Below are positions 63,176 through 64,000 of a stretch of 64,000 nt of DNA, in pieces. Each line of letters opens with the position of its first letter. Within the stretch, counting starts at the first letter, position 1. The notes under the pieces are model-generated. The model saw only the letters and a program-made list of their open reading frames with translations, searched no databases and was not told where the DNA came from. Made by a program: the position numbers and the translations under genes. This stretch comes from Eledone cirrhosa (taxonomy: Eukaryota), in the NCBI GenBank assembly GCA_964016885.1, contig OZ024757.1, forward strand, positions 42,780,001 through 42,844,000, in the 5' to 3' direction.

Positions 63176-64000
63176 GCCGGACCGTAGTGCGCATGCGCCA
63201 AGGCCGCCGGACCGTAATGCGCATGCGCCAAGGCCGCCGGATCGTAGTGCGCATGCGCCAAGGCCGACTGACTGTACTGCGCATGTGTCATCGTCGCAGT
63301 ACCGAACTGCGCATGCGGTAAGGCCGCCGGACCGTACTGCGCATGCGCCAAGGCCGCCGGACCGTAGTGCGCAGGCGCCAAGGCCGCCGGACCGTAGTGC
63401 GCATGCACCAAGGCCGCCTGAGTGTACTGCGCATGCATCAAGGTCCCAGTACCGTACTGCGCAAAGGCCGCCGGACAGTAGTGCGCATGCGCCAGAGCCG
63501 CCGAACCGTAGTGCGCATGCGCCAAGGCCGCCCGACCGTAGTGCGCATGGGCCAAAGCCGCCCGACCGTACTGCGCATGCGCTAAGTCCGTAGTACCGTA
63601 CTGCGCATGCTACAAGGCCGCAGTACCGTACTGCGCATGCGACAAGGCCGCAGTACCGTAGTGCGCATGCGCCAAGGCCACCGGACCGTAGTGCGCATGA
63701 GCCAAGGCCGCCGGACCGTACTGCGCATGCGCCAAGCCCGCCGGACCGTAGTGCGCATGCGCCAGAGCCGCCGAACCGTGGTGCACATGCGCCAAGCCCG
63801 CCGGACCGTAGTGCGCATGCGCCAAGCCCGCCGGACCGTAGTGCGCATGCGCCAAGGCCGCCTGACTGTACTGCGCATGCGTCAAGGTCCCAGTACCGAA
63901 CTGCTCATGCGCTAAGGCCACCGGACCGTACTGCGCATGCGCCAAGGCCGCCGGACCTTAGTGCGCATGCGCCAGAGCCGCCGAACCGTGGTGTGCATGC

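Larger units (their letters stand above)
1..64000. repeat. Complex satellite array of a 30-bp GC-rich monomer (CAAGGCCGCCGGACCGTA[G/C]TGCGCATGCGC), about 1,900 copies, interrupted by 12 AT-rich islands and extending beyond both window ends
   Basis: The 30-bp periodicity is visible on almost every line. The consensus is 22/30 GC with 5 CpG and has a central 10-bp palindrome GCGCATGCGC. All six frames translate to 10-aa repeats. Confidence 0.99.
1..64000. promoter_or_regulatory. Regularly spaced matches to the NRF1/Ewg-family motif (TGCGCATGCGC), about one per 30 bp
   Basis: The monomer core matches the established NRF1 consensus YGCGCAYGCGCR at 11/12 positions. Binding is not demonstrated. 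Confidence 0.35.

Noticed and set aside
15-63945. Hundreds of ORFs, up to 933 aa (AHAPRPPDRS, MRQGRRTVVR, AHAHYGPAAL and GACALRSGGL repeats)
   Set aside because: The 30-bp GC-rich monomer equals 10 codons and is stop-free in most frames. The ORFs overlap on both strands, switch repeat type at indels and inversions, and show no domain or unique sequence.
1-64000. CRISPR-like array (palindromic repeat plus 20-bp spacer)
   Set aside because: The 20-bp intervals are near-identical rather than unique spacers, the conserved core is only 10-11 bp, and no cas genes are present.

Overview
The whole 64 kb window is non-coding, hierarchically organised satellite DNA, most likely eukaryotic, although the organism cannot be determined from the sequence. 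About 57 kb is a 30-bp, 73% GC monomer (consensus CAAGGCCGCCGGACCGTASTGCGCATGCGC, roughly 1,900 copies), each carrying the palindrome GCGCATGCGC, which matches the NRF1/Ewg motif. Twelve AT-rich islands of 472-602 bp interrupt it. These islands are a second degenerate 41-bp repeat with four phased A-tracts, and they switch strand internally. The basic 3.6-7.1 kb macro-unit is a nested inverted structure: GC-reverse, AT-reverse | AT-forward, GC-forward. The two AT/GC junctions are homologous, so the unit looks like a tandemly amplified foldback-type element with bipartite modular inverted repeats. Macro-units fall into three types (C, A, B) that build a 12.4-14.3 kb higher-order repeat, which changes from C-A-B to C-A halfway through the window. 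Further layers are a near-identical 13,710-bp tandem duplication, a 1,295-bp duplication, a 1.48-kb near-perfect palindrome, and precise single-monomer inversions hinged on the palindromic core. All listed ORFs are artefacts of the 10-codon periodicity. No gene, RNA gene or CRISPR array is supported. All comparisons were made by eye and from ORF-track offsets, so boundaries may be off by a few bases.
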